A DNA stretch of 64,000 nucleotides, from contig CBDCRK010000037.1 in NCBI GenBank assembly GCA_965220955.1, forward strand, positions 58,928-122,927. The letters are read 5' to 3'. The notes under the pieces are model-generated. The model was not told the DNA's origin. It ran no database searches and was given only the letters and a program-made list of their open reading frames with translations. This document shows, piece after piece, positions 9,363 through 19,457 of the stretch. Source of the DNA: an uncultured Candidatus Binatia bacterium. GTDB taxonomy: Bacteria > Desulfobacterota > Binatia > Bin18 > CBDCRK01. Made by a program: the position numbers and the translations under genes. Numbering within the stretch: the stretch's first letter is position 1; every line of letters begins with the position of its first letter.

Positions 9363-10357
9363 ATGATGAAACTTACAATGAAGGCTAGTCTCTCCCCCTT
9401 TCTGATTCCCTTAATCTTAGTGTGCGCCTCGCCGCGGGCTTTGGGTGCTGCTGAAGATGTGTCTTGCGCGGATCACTCCATTGCCGCCAGCGCCGTGCGT
9501 ACACCGAAGGAGGTTGAGGCGTTCGTTCAATGCGCCTACGAGTTCGTCCAGGAAGTAGGCTTTGAGGAAGCCCGGCGAGCCTTCCACGAGGACGAGCGTT
9601 GGAGAAGCGGCCCGATCTATGTCTTCGTCGCCGAAGTGACACCCATGACCGAGATGGCCGGGCGTTCGTCTACCCACCCGACCCCTCAAGGGAAGGCGCC
9701 CCGTGGGGAGTGGTGGTCGATGTCTTCGGCAACGACTACTTCATCGAACTGTATCGCATTGTGAGCAGCTTCGGCGAGGGCTGGATCTACTACTCCTTCA
9801 CAAACCCAGATACGGGCCAGGATTCACCTAAGGCTTCCTATGTCAAGAGCCTCGACTGGTATGATACCCCCTCCGCAATCGGCGCGGGGATCTACCGCCG
9901 TGACCTTCCCGGCACCTGCAGGAGTGAAGAGGTCAACGCCATGGAGCTAGAGGGCGATCCTTCCCAGGAGAGGCTGAAGGAGTTTGTCCGTTGCGCGGCG
10001 ATGGAGCTTGAATCCAAAGGATACTTTGCCATCTTCCCTCTGTCCACCGACCCGCGTTGGGTGCTCAACTCGATCTACTTGTTCGGTCTTGATACGTACG
10101 GCAACCTGCTGTTCAGCGGCGATTCAGAGAACGTGAGGTCAGGCGAATCGGAGTTGAACCCCGATTCTAACGAAACTCTAGGTGGTCAGGATGTAGTGAG
10201 TATTGCGGGAGCTTTCGGAGAAACCTTCCTATACTACTCGACGCGCAATCCCGCCACTGAGATGGAGCAGCGCAAGGTAGTTTTCGTCAAGAGGATAGTG
10301 GCTTATGGTGTGCCAATTCTACTCGGCTCCGGTTATTATCTGGACGATGAAGTGTAG
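9363..10357 (+). pseudogene. Secreted protein with two tandem Cache-like repeats, interrupted by a frameshift
   Basis: ORF 9363..9764 (signal peptide + first repeat) and ORF 9599..10357 continue the same protein in a different frame; the frame switch maps to the GGCCGGGCG run near 9650-9660. The two repeats share a Y/F..F....D.RW....IY.FG.D.YGN pattern. Confidence 0.5.
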
Positions 10358-10447
10358 ATGGTAGAATAGTTCTCCAGTCCACTTTGCTGGCCCATAGACG
10401 GCCCTGGGAGGCAATGTTCACATACTGAAATCAAATTTGTTCAAAAC

Positions 10448-11131
10448 ATGGTTGATACTAGAAAGGTTTATTTCGCAGGCGAATTGTTTAGCCTCAAACA
10501 TTTGATCGGCAACGCAGTTTTAGCCCATGCGATCAATGAGGTTTCAGAAGGTCGATATACCTGCGTTTTGCCCCAGGCGTTGGAGCAGCGAGGTGTGACC
10601 GCCAAAGTTATTAGGGACCAGGACATCAAAAAGCTTATGGAGTGCGATGTCGGCTTGTTCAATTTTGATGGTGGTGAGATCGATTCGGGAACGGTTGTGG
10701 AATACATGATTGCAAAATTTCTGGACATACCCTCGGTAATTGTGCGTTCGGACTTTAGGTTGAGCGGTGACAGTGGCAGCGACCCGTGGAATCTGATGAT
10801 GAGCTTTTATCCGCGCACGAAGATCATTCTCACGGACGGTATGGCGGATTATCACAGCGAACTCAGCCATCGTGATGCGATTAGAGACGATTTTGCAGAG
10901 ATGGCGAGGAATTCCATTGAGGCCGTAACGAGTGCACTCAATTCACTGGCATTGCGTATCATTTCGGGTTTTGACGAGGTTGCCAACCTCTCACCTGTAC
11001 TTCCGAAGCAGAGTAGAAATCAAGTATACGCCTGGGCTCAGTTGATGCCTGGAGATGATTTTAGCAAGATAGTGGATTGTGACGCCTTGCAGGAAATACT
11101 GGAACGAAAAGTTAGAATGGGTTTGCTTTAA
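10448..11131 (+). CDS. Nucleoside 2-deoxyribosyltransferase-like (Nuc_deoxyrib_tr superfamily) protein with ~90-aa C-terminal extension
   Basis: N-terminal KVYFAGELFS and central DxxxxDSGTxxExxxA motif match the NDT/LOG-like Rossmann-like fold; C-terminal part unrecognised. Confidence 0.45.
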   Translation: MVDTRKVYFAGELFSLKHLIGNAVLAHAINEVSEGRYTCVLPQALEQRGVTAKVIRDQDIKKLMECDVGLFNFDGGEIDSGTVVEYMIAKFLDIPSVIVRSDFRLSGDSGSDPWNLMMSFYPRTKIILTDGMADYHSELSHRDAIRDDFAEMARNSIEAVTSALNSLALRIISGFDEVANLSPVLPKQSRNQVYAWAQLMPGDDFSKIVDCDALQEILERKVRMGLL

Positions 11132-12008
11132 AGATGAAGTCTGGTCTGCAATCGCTTGGATGTGTCCAGGGTTGAGATCATTGACCTTGAGGATCCGATC
11201 ACATACCTGCCCTTAAAGGAAGTTCTGCGTTTGTATTGTGACAACAAGATTGTCTGGTTACATAGGGGAGTGTCCCGGGAGTTCGAGTTCGATACGGTGT
11301 GAGGACGGATGACATTTCATTTGTGGGATCACTCTCAACATGAAGTATCAGTTCTGAGCAAATGAGTCAGAGGCGGCATTGTGCTGTGCTGGGGCCGCTG
11401 ATGCGCCTTGGAAATGGGTCTTGACTGCGGTTACGCCCCAGCCCATGACATCCCATTGTTGGCTCCTCTGCCCCAAGCCTTTGCCGGGTTCGCGCCCGCC
11501 GATAAGGGCTTTATCCATGCTTTGCCCCAAGCTCTGCTCAAGTACCCCCACGGTGTAGTCGTGCTCACACCTGCCCCCGATGGTGAAGGCGGGGTCAAGG
11601 TGCTGGGGCGAGTCAGCTCCAAACGGGTCTGGTACTTGCCGCCTCCACCTTACTGTGGCCACGGGTGCGTGGGCGCAAGCTCAAACTCAACGATCAGCAC
11701 ACACTGCCCGAGCCGCACCGCCACCAGCGCATGGAGCTGGCCGAGGGGGGGCTAGGGTGAGGTCAGCCAGTGGGAGGATGGGCGGATGCGGCAGTGGCCC
11801 CCTCAGCCCCTGGTCTTTTATCGGGTGTGGGAGTATAAGGCCGAGGGCACCCGCCGCTATAAGCGAGCGCTGTGGTTGATCTATGTGGGCCAGGCTCTTG
11901 TTCCTGTTTCCCTCTTCTTCCTCTTGGCATAAGGGGTCTTTTGGCGCATAATGGTGATATTAGTCTGTCATAGAGATTCTGATAACCTTGGGATGAACTG
12001 GTAGACAT

Positions 12009-12845
12009 ATGCGATGTTTTTTCTGCAGTTTGCTTCTAGCTTGCCTTCTCTGCCCTACCGGGGCTTTTGCTGACCTCTATCAGTGGACCGATAGCACAGG
12101 AGTGCTCCATATTGTGGACGAGTCCGTGGAGGTTCCGACGGAGTTTCGGAATGCGATGAAGGTATACCATACAAACAAGTCCTCTTCTTCAGGGAAGACT
12201 TTCCTACCTTCCCGTTCATTTGCCGAAAACACCCAAGGACGATTCGCTCAAAAGCTGGCCCAAGACCTGGGATTGATCGAAAGAGAAAGTGAAGATGCCC
12301 TAACCGCCCTTACTAGTGTGGGCATCTCCCCGGCCGGGGGGTGGAAGGCTTACGATTCTCTTAGCCGCGAAGCAGCTGATGAAGTTATTGCTTCGGCCCG
12401 CCGAGCAGCCGAGTCCCATCGCCTTTCTCTATCCGCAGACGGGGCCGAAGGGGTGGTACAGCAAGCTCTAGGTTCGTTTATCCTTGCTGGTCCACCAAAG
12501 GCCGATGTTGTAGAACCAGCTTACAGAGAGGACAAGTATTATAACAGCGAACCTGCGGTGGTGGAATATAAGCAGGAGGTCATTGAGGTTATTCCTCAGC
12601 CCGCTTATGTTTACTCTCCGGTGGTAGTAGTGACCTCACACCACCATCCACACCGTCGCTTGTCTAAGCCTAGGCGTTTTCGCCGTCAACCCCCAGAAGC
12701 GACGGGTCCCGTTTCCTCGCCCTTTTCCTCTTCCCGTTTCACCAATAAAAGGTCAAGGCGTCCCTTTTTTAGCACTCCTCCCCTTCCTCTTCGCCGGCCT
12801 TCTCCCTTTCCCTTTGCTTCGCCCTATCCCGGGGTTAGACGCTAG
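12009..12845 (+). CDS. DUF4124 domain secreted protein with Pro/Arg/Ser-rich low-complexity C-terminus
   Basis: Signal peptide then LYQWTDSTGVLHIVDE (the DUF4124 Y.W.D..G..H.SD signature); C-terminal third is low complexity. Confidence 0.55.
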   Translation: MRCFFCSLLLACLLCPTGAFADLYQWTDSTGVLHIVDESVEVPTEFRNAMKVYHTNKSSSSGKTFLPSRSFAENTQGRFAQKLAQDLGLIERESEDALTALTSVGISPAGGWKAYDSLSREAADEVIASARRAAESHRLSLSADGAEGVVQQALGSFILAGPPKADVVEPAYREDKYYNSEPAVVEYKQEVIEVIPQPAYVYSPVVVVTSHHHPHRRLSKPRRFRRQPPEATGPVSSPFSSSRFTNKRSRRPFFSTPPLPLRRPSPFPFASPYPGVRR

Positions 12846-12958
12846 CCATTTACTGTCGCTCAGGCCATTTCCCGCACACATACCTACCTGATCGTTGCCT
12901 CAGGAGAAAGAGGCAAGTATAAAACTAGCGTTCAGCAGACGAGAGAAAGGAGGCATTT

Positions 12959-13747
12959 ATGCCAAGAAAGCTAGACGGGAGAGTTGCCATTGTCACCGCG
13001 GGAGGAGCAGGGATTGGGGCAGCTACGGTACGACGATTGGTCCAAGAGGGAGCAATGGTGGTGGTAGCAGACCTCAGCGGCAGGAGGGCAGAAGAGGTTA
13101 CAGAGGAGGTCAAGGCCACAGGGGGAAAGGCAGTGTGCCTCAAAATGGACGCCGCCGACCCCCAAGGCGTGCAAGCCACTATCCAGCTTGCTCTGGACAC
13201 CTATGGTCGGCTTGATATCTTACATAACAACGCCGGGTATACTGAAGTTGCGCCAGTCGAGGCACTCTCCTTAGAGAGTTGGAATCGGATTATGGCAGTA
13301 ACGCTTACCAGCACGTTTCTGGGTCTAAAGTATGCGATTCCCCTTATGCGTAAACAGGGCAAAGGGGCGATTATCAACACCGCCTCAATCTCTGGCATCC
13401 GCGGAGATTATGGCCTAAGTGCCTACAATGCAGCTAAGGCTGGAGTCATTAACCTTACTCGCTCGGCCGCCTTGGAAAATGCTAAGTATAACATCCGCAT
13501 CAACTGTGTATGCCCAGGTGGGATTAACACCCGTGTGGCTTCGATTCTTGGCAAGGGGCGGGAAGAGAAATTTCGCCGGACCATGGGTTCGGCCCATCCT
13601 CTGGGGCGGATGGGTGAAGCCAAAGAAATTGCCAACACTGTTCTCTTTCTTGCCTCAGACGAGTCGTCCTTTATCACTGGTGAGGCCATCGTTGTGGATG
13701 GCGGTGTCACCGCGCACACCGGTCTACCAAGTTTACCAAGGACATAA
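12959..13747 (+). CDS. SDR family oxidoreductase
   Basis: VTAGGAGIG, NNAG, S...YNAAKAG catalytic triad; RBS AAAGGAGG upstream. Confidence 0.8.
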   Translation: MPRKLDGRVAIVTAGGAGIGAATVRRLVQEGAMVVVADLSGRRAEEVTEEVKATGGKAVCLKMDAADPQGVQATIQLALDTYGRLDILHNNAGYTEVAPVEALSLESWNRIMAVTLTSTFLGLKYAIPLMRKQGKGAIINTASISGIRGDYGLSAYNAAKAGVINLTRSAALENAKYNIRINCVCPGGINTRVASILGKGREEKFRRTMGSAHPLGRMGEAKEIANTVLFLASDESSFITGEAIVVDGGVTAHTGLPSLPRT

Positions 13748-13925
13748 GCGTTTGACCACAAAGCATGATATCACCGAGTTGCGACGTGATAGGTAGAAGG
13801 CCATGGCCGAGTTACGGCATGATATATGGGACTTAGGGTATCGCTTGACCATCCTTTGAGTACCATGCTTGCCACTGCTATCACTGTGGTCGCTGCTCTT
13901 GTAAAGTTGCTTTAGGAAAACGAGC

Positions 13926-14513
13926 ATGAAAAAGGATTTGCCCAGTGCCCTACGGAGAATCCTCGATAGCCGCCAGCGGGCTGTAGATCAGGAACCGGCA
14001 AGGCGATACGCTGCTGTTCTTGTTCCTCTTTTCTACCACCAAGAGGAATATCACCTGCTCTTCACCTTACGGACGGAGCGTCTCGCCACCCATAGCGGAC
14101 AGGTAGCTTTCCCCGGGGGCCTGTGTGATGCCGGGGATAAGAGTCCCCTCCATACTGCGCTACGGGAAGCCGAAGAAGAGGTCGGACTTAAGCAGGATGA
14201 CGTGCAAGTGCTGGGTTCACTCGACGATATTCGCACCCGAAGCACCAACTATATTGTCACGCCTTTTGTTGGCCTTGTTCCCCACCCCTACTCTTACCGG
14301 CCAGACCCCACCGAAGTAGCCAAGATTTTCTCTGTTCCACTCCTTTTTCTTCAGGACCAGCAAAACCTCAACCATGAGCTTTGGGTCCACAATGATGAGG
14401 AAATTCCTATTGTCACCTATCGCTATCAAGGCTACAAGATCTGGGGAGCTACCCAACGGATCATAGAGAATTTGCTGGAGATCCTTAGCAATGAATATGA
14501 AGATCCCTCATAG
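13926..14513 (+). CDS. NUDIX hydrolase, CoA pyrophosphatase (NudL-like)
   Basis: Nudix box GGLCDAGDKSPLHTALREAEEEVGL plus the upstream LFTLR motif typical of CoA pyrophosphatases. Confidence 0.75.
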   Translation: MKKDLPSALRRILDSRQRAVDQEPARRYAAVLVPLFYHQEEYHLLFTLRTERLATHSGQVAFPGGLCDAGDKSPLHTALREAEEEVGLKQDDVQVLGSLDDIRTRSTNYIVTPFVGLVPHPYSYRPDPTEVAKIFSVPLLFLQDQQNLNHELWVHNDEEIPIVTYRYQGYKIWGATQRIIENLLEILSNEYEDPS

Positions 14514-14650
14514 TCTCCTCTCCAGGCTACCTTTATAAATCGTGGCGCAAAATATGAGAACCGGCGTTATATTTGACAGCCTCCCCATTTCGCTCTATGG
14601 TGAGGATGGTTATCTGGCTCTGGAAAAATAAAAGGTAAGGTCACAAGGCA

Positions 14651-15679
14651 ATGAGGAAGCGTAGAATTAAGGCTTCTATGCTGGTGCTCAGCCTGATTTC
14701 CTTTCTCGCCAGTGGATGCGCCATCAAAAGGTGGATCCCTTTTGTTTCTAACAATGAGCCCACTGTAAATCAGTCTCTGGCTGAACGGCCAGACGGTTCA
14801 CAGGGTTCGGTGTTATCTTTTGGCAACGGCAACAAGGCAGAGGGGGGGCTAAACCCACAGTATGTAACCGAGGGGGATCTCCTCAAGATTGTTAACGAGT
14901 TTCAGAACAGTGCCCAGAGAGACACCTACCGTTTTCCCCTGCCTAAAGACATCACTGGTGCCAATGTACTCAAAGCTACACTCACACGGCTTAAAGACTA
15001 CGAGGACGAACACCCCGGCGCTTATCCGGAGCTCATCGAGTTTACCCGGGCACGAGCCTACGAAGGGTTGCATGAGTATGACAAGGCGGTCGAGTCCTAC
15101 CAACAGGTAACCCAGACGAATAGCCGTCTCAGAGATGAGGCAACCAAAGGGCTAGCGGCACTCACCCGCTTCCTCCAACTCAAGTCCCAACCTATTACCG
15201 CAACTACTCCGCTTGAGTATTTAAAGGCCCTTGACCACAATATTACCGCCTGGCAGGAGTTGGTACAGGAGTTTGCCGAAACCCCTTATGCGACCCTTGC
15301 TCAAGAGGAGGAGGAACGGCTGGACTGGGCTAAAGTGGCCTTTCTTGAGCTGAACCGTCACCGGCTTGAAGACGGCAACGCGCTTGTAGTGCTGGCCTGT
15401 CAGCAGCTTATTGCCAAGCACCAGGAAAGCAAAAATCTCTATCGCTATTTGGTTGAGCTAGGCGACTTTTACACCGTGCTTGCCCACGAATATGTAGCGC
15501 AAAATGATCCCGAAGGACTGCGCTTTGATACCAATACATTTGAAGAATTGGGGCAGTCGGCGTTGCGCCTGTACGGGCGGGTAGCCCAGGAGGACGGGAT
15601 TATGGAAAAACTCGAAGCTAGGGGCAAGCTGGCAGCGCTTGAGGCATACATGGCCAAAGTGGGGCGCCTGAGCCGATGA
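14651..15679 (+). CDS. Hypothetical lipoprotein (signal peptide + lipobox LASGC), mostly alpha-helical
   Basis: 342-aa ORF with lipoprotein signal; no recognised domain; stop overlaps the start of the next gene (ATGA). Confidence 0.5.
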   Translation: MRKRRIKASMLVLSLISFLASGCAIKRWIPFVSNNEPTVNQSLAERPDGSQGSVLSFGNGNKAEGGLNPQYVTEGDLLKIVNEFQNSAQRDTYRFPLPKDITGANVLKATLTRLKDYEDEHPGAYPELIEFTRARAYEGLHEYDKAVESYQQVTQTNSRLRDEATKGLAALTRFLQLKSQPITATTPLEYLKALDHNITAWQELVQEFAETPYATLAQEEEERLDWAKVAFLELNRHRLEDGNALVVLACQQLIAKHQESKNLYRYLVELGDFYTVLAHEYVAQNDPEGLRFDTNTFEELGQSALRLYGRVAQEDGIMEKLEARGKLAALEAYMAKVGRLSR

Positions 15680-17718
15680 GAAAAGCCTTCATATGGGGGG
15701 GTCTCTTTACCTTTCTCTTCATTGTCCCGCTCAGGGCAGAAGAGCTTTCTGATCCGCTTGCCCGTAGGCTTACTGACTTTTTTCCCACTTATACGCCTTT
15801 TGTTCCCGAGATACCGCCGGACCGCTACTTCCCGGATGAAGTGGGAAAGGGGGTAGCTGAGGCGATTGTTGACACTTACCTACAGGACTCGCAGGCCCTG
15901 GAAAAACATTATCAAGACTTGGTGAATAAAGACGCTGAACTGGCCGCCAAAGGGGAGCTACCAAGCGGGATTGCCCCATATGTTCGTAATCTAAGGGAAG
16001 GACTCATTCCTGAAGCAAAAGACGAGGAAAGGGAAGACTTCTTCCTGGCCTCTGCTTCTCCAGGGGATCTGCGGCAAGAAGCCGATCGTCTACTTGCCGA
16101 GGAGAAACGTAGCCAAGTAGGCCGCAAGTTTAATTGGCTCCTCTCCTCCCTGAATGTTACTGGCCTCTTTTTCGGTGCGCCCGCCCAACCCAATATTTAT
16201 GAGACACAGCGTGCGGTGTCGAGCTTTGGTGAGACTAAAAGCATGTCTTCTCGTGAGCGTAAAGCGCTTGTGCTCTATCGGGAATTTCTTCGTCGAGCCC
16301 CCGAGGAGCCAGGCGTTGAGGAGGTTGAAGAAAAAGTGCGCCAGCTCGAAGAGCAGAAAAAGCAGGCGCTATTGGAGAGAGAGTTGCAACAGGCCGAAGT
16401 CTGGTTCGAGAAGCAGGACTACTGGAGAGCAAACTTCCACTATCAGCTCGCTCTTCTGGTTGACGAAAATGCTCCAGAGGTACACGAAGGACTTGCCAAG
16501 GTTGAAAAGCAGCTGCAGCGCAAGGATGAACCGTGGGCCGATAAACAGCCTGTAGACGCGCTAGCTGGACTGAAACGGGCGCAATGGGAACACGACAAAG
16601 ATACAGTCAAATACCTGTTACCTGGAGGCAGATATATCAAAGACAACGTTGTCATTGCTGGCACACAGATTGCCACCGAAGGGCTGATGGGTGGGGTCAC
16701 GTTTGGCGCCCTTTCCTTAGTCCACATTGGAGCAAAAGTGTTCCAGCTGTTCACTAGCAATCCTGTTTCCCACCAGCCGATCATCACCGAGGGAGAAAAA
16801 TACCTGTATGATACTCCTTCCGAGGAGCGTGATCCTGAGGTGTATGGCATCCTTGCCACTGCGTACGAGAGAGAAGGGAGATATGACAAGGCCATCGAGT
16901 ACTATACCCTCGCTGGACAAGAAGAGAAGGTGCCTGCCCTAAAAGAAAGAGCAGCACAAGCCCTCCTGTACATGGCTAAGGAAAGTGACCAAGAGACACA
17001 AAAGGAGTCCTACCTTCGCCTCTTGCTTGAACATTACCCCAACACTGAGGCAGTCCAGGAAGCCGCACCACAGCTACGTGAGCTGACCCAGCTGGAAAAC
17101 CGGGGTCTCAGAATGAGCAAGGCGTTTCTTAAGGAGCATCCTGAGCTTTTCGGCCGGAGCGGATTGGGGCTTAAAGAAACACTCTTTGACCGAGACAGGG
17201 ACAATGTTGAGCTCGCCGACGAGGGGGTGACACTACTGCCTAATGGAGAGATTGCTATTTACTTCCAAACCAAAGAAGGAAGCAGAGTTAAACGCTATAT
17301 TCCACCGCAGGGGGCATGGGATCGTTTCTGGCGACGTTTCCGTGAAGAGGGCTATACCCAGGCCCTCAAAGGAGATGGCCAAGATATGATAGCCCTGATG
17401 GTAGGAGGTACAGCTCAAGACACCGTGTTGAAAGGGCAGAAGGAAAAACACGAAGAAGGGGGATGGCGTCTTCTCCCCTATATGGCGGGAAGCCTTTCCG
17501 GCAGCTATGTTGATCTTCATGGTACTCTACCACCCGAGATTGCCGGCTCACGCATGGCATTTGGCACCGACCAAAACAGCCCTTATGCTGGTATGGAACT
17601 TCCTATGCCCTTTGTGCCGGTGGATTTTCTCTTTATAGGCCGTACTGGTAGCGTTGCCCTTTTTCCGCAAATTCGCCTGCCAGAGAGTCAGCTGAAGGAC
17701 GAGAAACTGTACCAATAA
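15676..17718 (+). CDS. Hypothetical secreted protein, 680 aa, TPR/alpha-helical-like
   Basis: N-terminal signal peptide; long ORF translationally coupled to the upstream lipoprotein gene; no recognised catalytic motif. Confidence 0.5.
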   Translation: MRKAFIWGGLFTFLFIVPLRAEELSDPLARRLTDFFPTYTPFVPEIPPDRYFPDEVGKGVAEAIVDTYLQDSQALEKHYQDLVNKDAELAAKGELPSGIAPYVRNLREGLIPEAKDEEREDFFLASASPGDLRQEADRLLAEEKRSQVGRKFNWLLSSLNVTGLFFGAPAQPNIYETQRAVSSFGETKSMSSRERKALVLYREFLRRAPEEPGVEEVEEKVRQLEEQKKQALLERELQQAEVWFEKQDYWRANFHYQLALLVDENAPEVHEGLAKVEKQLQRKDEPWADKQPVDALAGLKRAQWEHDKDTVKYLLPGGRYIKDNVVIAGTQIATEGLMGGVTFGALSLVHIGAKVFQLFTSNPVSHQPIITEGEKYLYDTPSEERDPEVYGILATAYEREGRYDKAIEYYTLAGQEEKVPALKERAAQALLYMAKESDQETQKESYLRLLLEHYPNTEAVQEAAPQLRELTQLENRGLRMSKAFLKEHPELFGRSGLGLKETLFDRDRDNVELADEGVTLLPNGEIAIYFQTKEGSRVKRYIPPQGAWDRFWRRFREEGYTQALKGDGQDMIALMVGGTAQDTVLKGQKEKHEEGGWRLLPYMAGSLSGSYVDLHGTLPPEIAGSRMAFGTDQNSPYAGMELPMPFVPVDFLFIGRTGSVALFPQIRLPESQLKDEKLYQ

Positions 17719-18032
17719 TAAACAGAAATAAGCAGAGAAAAACCAATCCTCCACCGCGGGCATCTGTCGCTTTACTCAGGAACTATGGGCAGACAAAGAG
17801 TTCTTCACCACCCTGGTTTCGTTGCGTGACGGGTTCATTATAGGCGTTAAAGCATAGCAAAAACAGAGGCTTAACTGCCAGTCATTATCTCAATTCCCCC
17901 TCTTTGTTTTTCCCCACTTTTCTGCTAATAATCCTAAGTTTTCAGCGGTCAGCTTCCAGCAATCGGTTAAGCTAGGAATCCGTAACTATACTTTTGCTAA
18001 CAGTTCACTGTGTTGAGAGAGGAGGAAACGGT

Positions 18033-18356
18033 ATGACAGACCTAATGCAGGTGACCGATGACAGTTTTGAGAACGAGGTGCTTAAAGCCCCGCTGCCGGT
18101 ATTGATGGACCTCTGGGCTCCCTGGTGTGGTCCTTGTCGCGCCATTGCCCCGATTGTGGATGAACTAGCCAATGAGTACACGGGCCGACTGAAGGTTGTC
18201 AAGATGAACGTTGATGACAACCCTCGTACTCCTTCGCGCTACGGAGTGAGAGGGATCCCCAACCTTATTCTTTTTAAGGATGGAGAACTGAAGGAGCAGA
18301 TTGTTGGCGCCGTGCCGAAGGGGCATCTGGTTAAAGCCATTGAGAAGGTTGTGTAG
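18033..18356 (+). CDS. trxA: Thioredoxin
   Basis: WAPWCGPCR active site and thioredoxin fold; RBS GGAGGA before the ATG at 18033. Confidence 0.9.
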   Translation: MTDLMQVTDDSFENEVLKAPLPVLMDLWAPWCGPCRAIAPIVDELANEYTGRLKVVKMNVDDNPRTPSRYGVRGIPNLILFKDGELKEQIVGAVPKGHLVKAIEKVV

Positions 18357-18359
18357 AGA

Positions 18360-19457
18360 TCAAAATAAAAACCTCCGGGTACTGACATTGATGGCAAGTC
18401 CAATCCCAACCATCGCGGTCAGCAGTGCTGACCCCCCATAGCTCAAAAATGGTAATGGCACTCCTACCACTGGGAGGACACCTGTATTCATACCAACATT
18501 GATAACCACCTGCCAGAACACCATTGCGGCTATTCCGACGACAAGCAGTGTACCAAAACGATCCCGTGCCTTCCACGCTACATAGAGGAGCCTTATTAGT
18601 AAGACTCCATAGAGAGCAAGAAGGAGGGCTACACCTATCAAGCCCCACTCTTCTGCTAACACCGCAAAGACAAAATCGGTATGCTTTTCGGGTAAAAAGT
18701 CGAGCCGATTTTGTGTCCCTTGCAGGAATCCTTTCCCCCAGATCATCCCTGAACCCACGGTAATCTTGGACTGAATTATGTGATAGCCTGCTCCTAGGGG
18801 GTCAAGGTCCGGATTAAGAAACGAAAGAATGCGCTGCTTCTGATAGGATTTCAAACCATACCAGAGCGCCGGCAGTATCGCAGCGCCGGCTAAACCAGCA
18901 AAGGCTAGCGAGCGCAGCCGTAACCCGGCCACAAACACCACACTCAAAAATATTAATCCTAGAATCCCGGTTGTGCCGAGGCTTGGCTCAATTAAAATGA
19001 GCGTGGCAGGGAGCGCCACCAAGAGAGCGGGAATAACCATCTGGCGTAGCTCATAACCTTGTACCGGGGCCTCACGGGCCAAGTATCTAGCTAGCATTAC
19101 CACTAGCGTCACCTTCATAAACTCTGAGGGCTGTAGAGATATAAAACCAAACCTGATCCACCTCCTGGCACCGCCGCCCAGCGAACCGATGACCGGCATC
19201 AGTAGCAAAAGTATAATAACCAGAACATATAATAGAGGGACCCACCGCTTTAAATGACGGTAATCAACGGCAAAGGCAACAAACATGCCGATAAGGCCCA
19301 GACCCACCCAGAGTGTCTGGCGTATTGTCCAGAGGCTTAGTGGTCGGTCCTCTTCATAGGTGGCACTGTAGACAGCCAGAACTCCAATCCCGACTAGGGC
19401 TAGGCAGAAGGTCAGGAGCGCCCAGTCAAAATGCGAGAGGAGCTTCTTGTTGAACAT
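18360..19457 (-). CDS. mrdB: Rod shape-determining protein RodA (FtsW/RodA/SpoVE family)
   Basis: 10-TM SEDS family protein immediately downstream of PBP2; start set at MFNKKLL (ORF call extends to 19508), which gives a ~32-nt overlap with mrdA. Confidence 0.8.
   Translation of the reverse strand: MFNKKLLSHFDWALLTFCLALVGIGVLAVYSATYEEDRPLSLWTIRQTLWVGLGLIGMFVAFAVDYRHLKRWVPLLYVLVIILLLLMPVIGSLGGGARRWIRFGFISLQPSEFMKVTLVVMLARYLAREAPVQGYELRQMVIPALLVALPATLILIEPSLGTTGILGLIFLSVVFVAGLRLRSLAFAGLAGAAILPALWYGLKSYQKQRILSFLNPDLDPLGAGYHIIQSKITVGSGMIWGKGFLQGTQNRLDFLPEKHTDFVFAVLAEEWGLIGVALLLALYGVLLIRLLYVAWKARDRFGTLLVVGIAAMVFWQVVINVGMNTGVLPVVGVPLPFLSYGGSALLTAMVGIGLAINVSTRRFLF

Noticed and set aside
11348-12008. 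Five overlapping ORF calls in the high-GC stretch (11348..11662-, 11408..11755+, 11431..11622-, 11580..11879+, 11763..12008-)
   Set aside because: They overlap one another on both strands and their translations are Pro/Arg/Gly-rich low-complexity sequence typical of spurious high-GC ORFs. They are reported only collectively as a possible decayed region.
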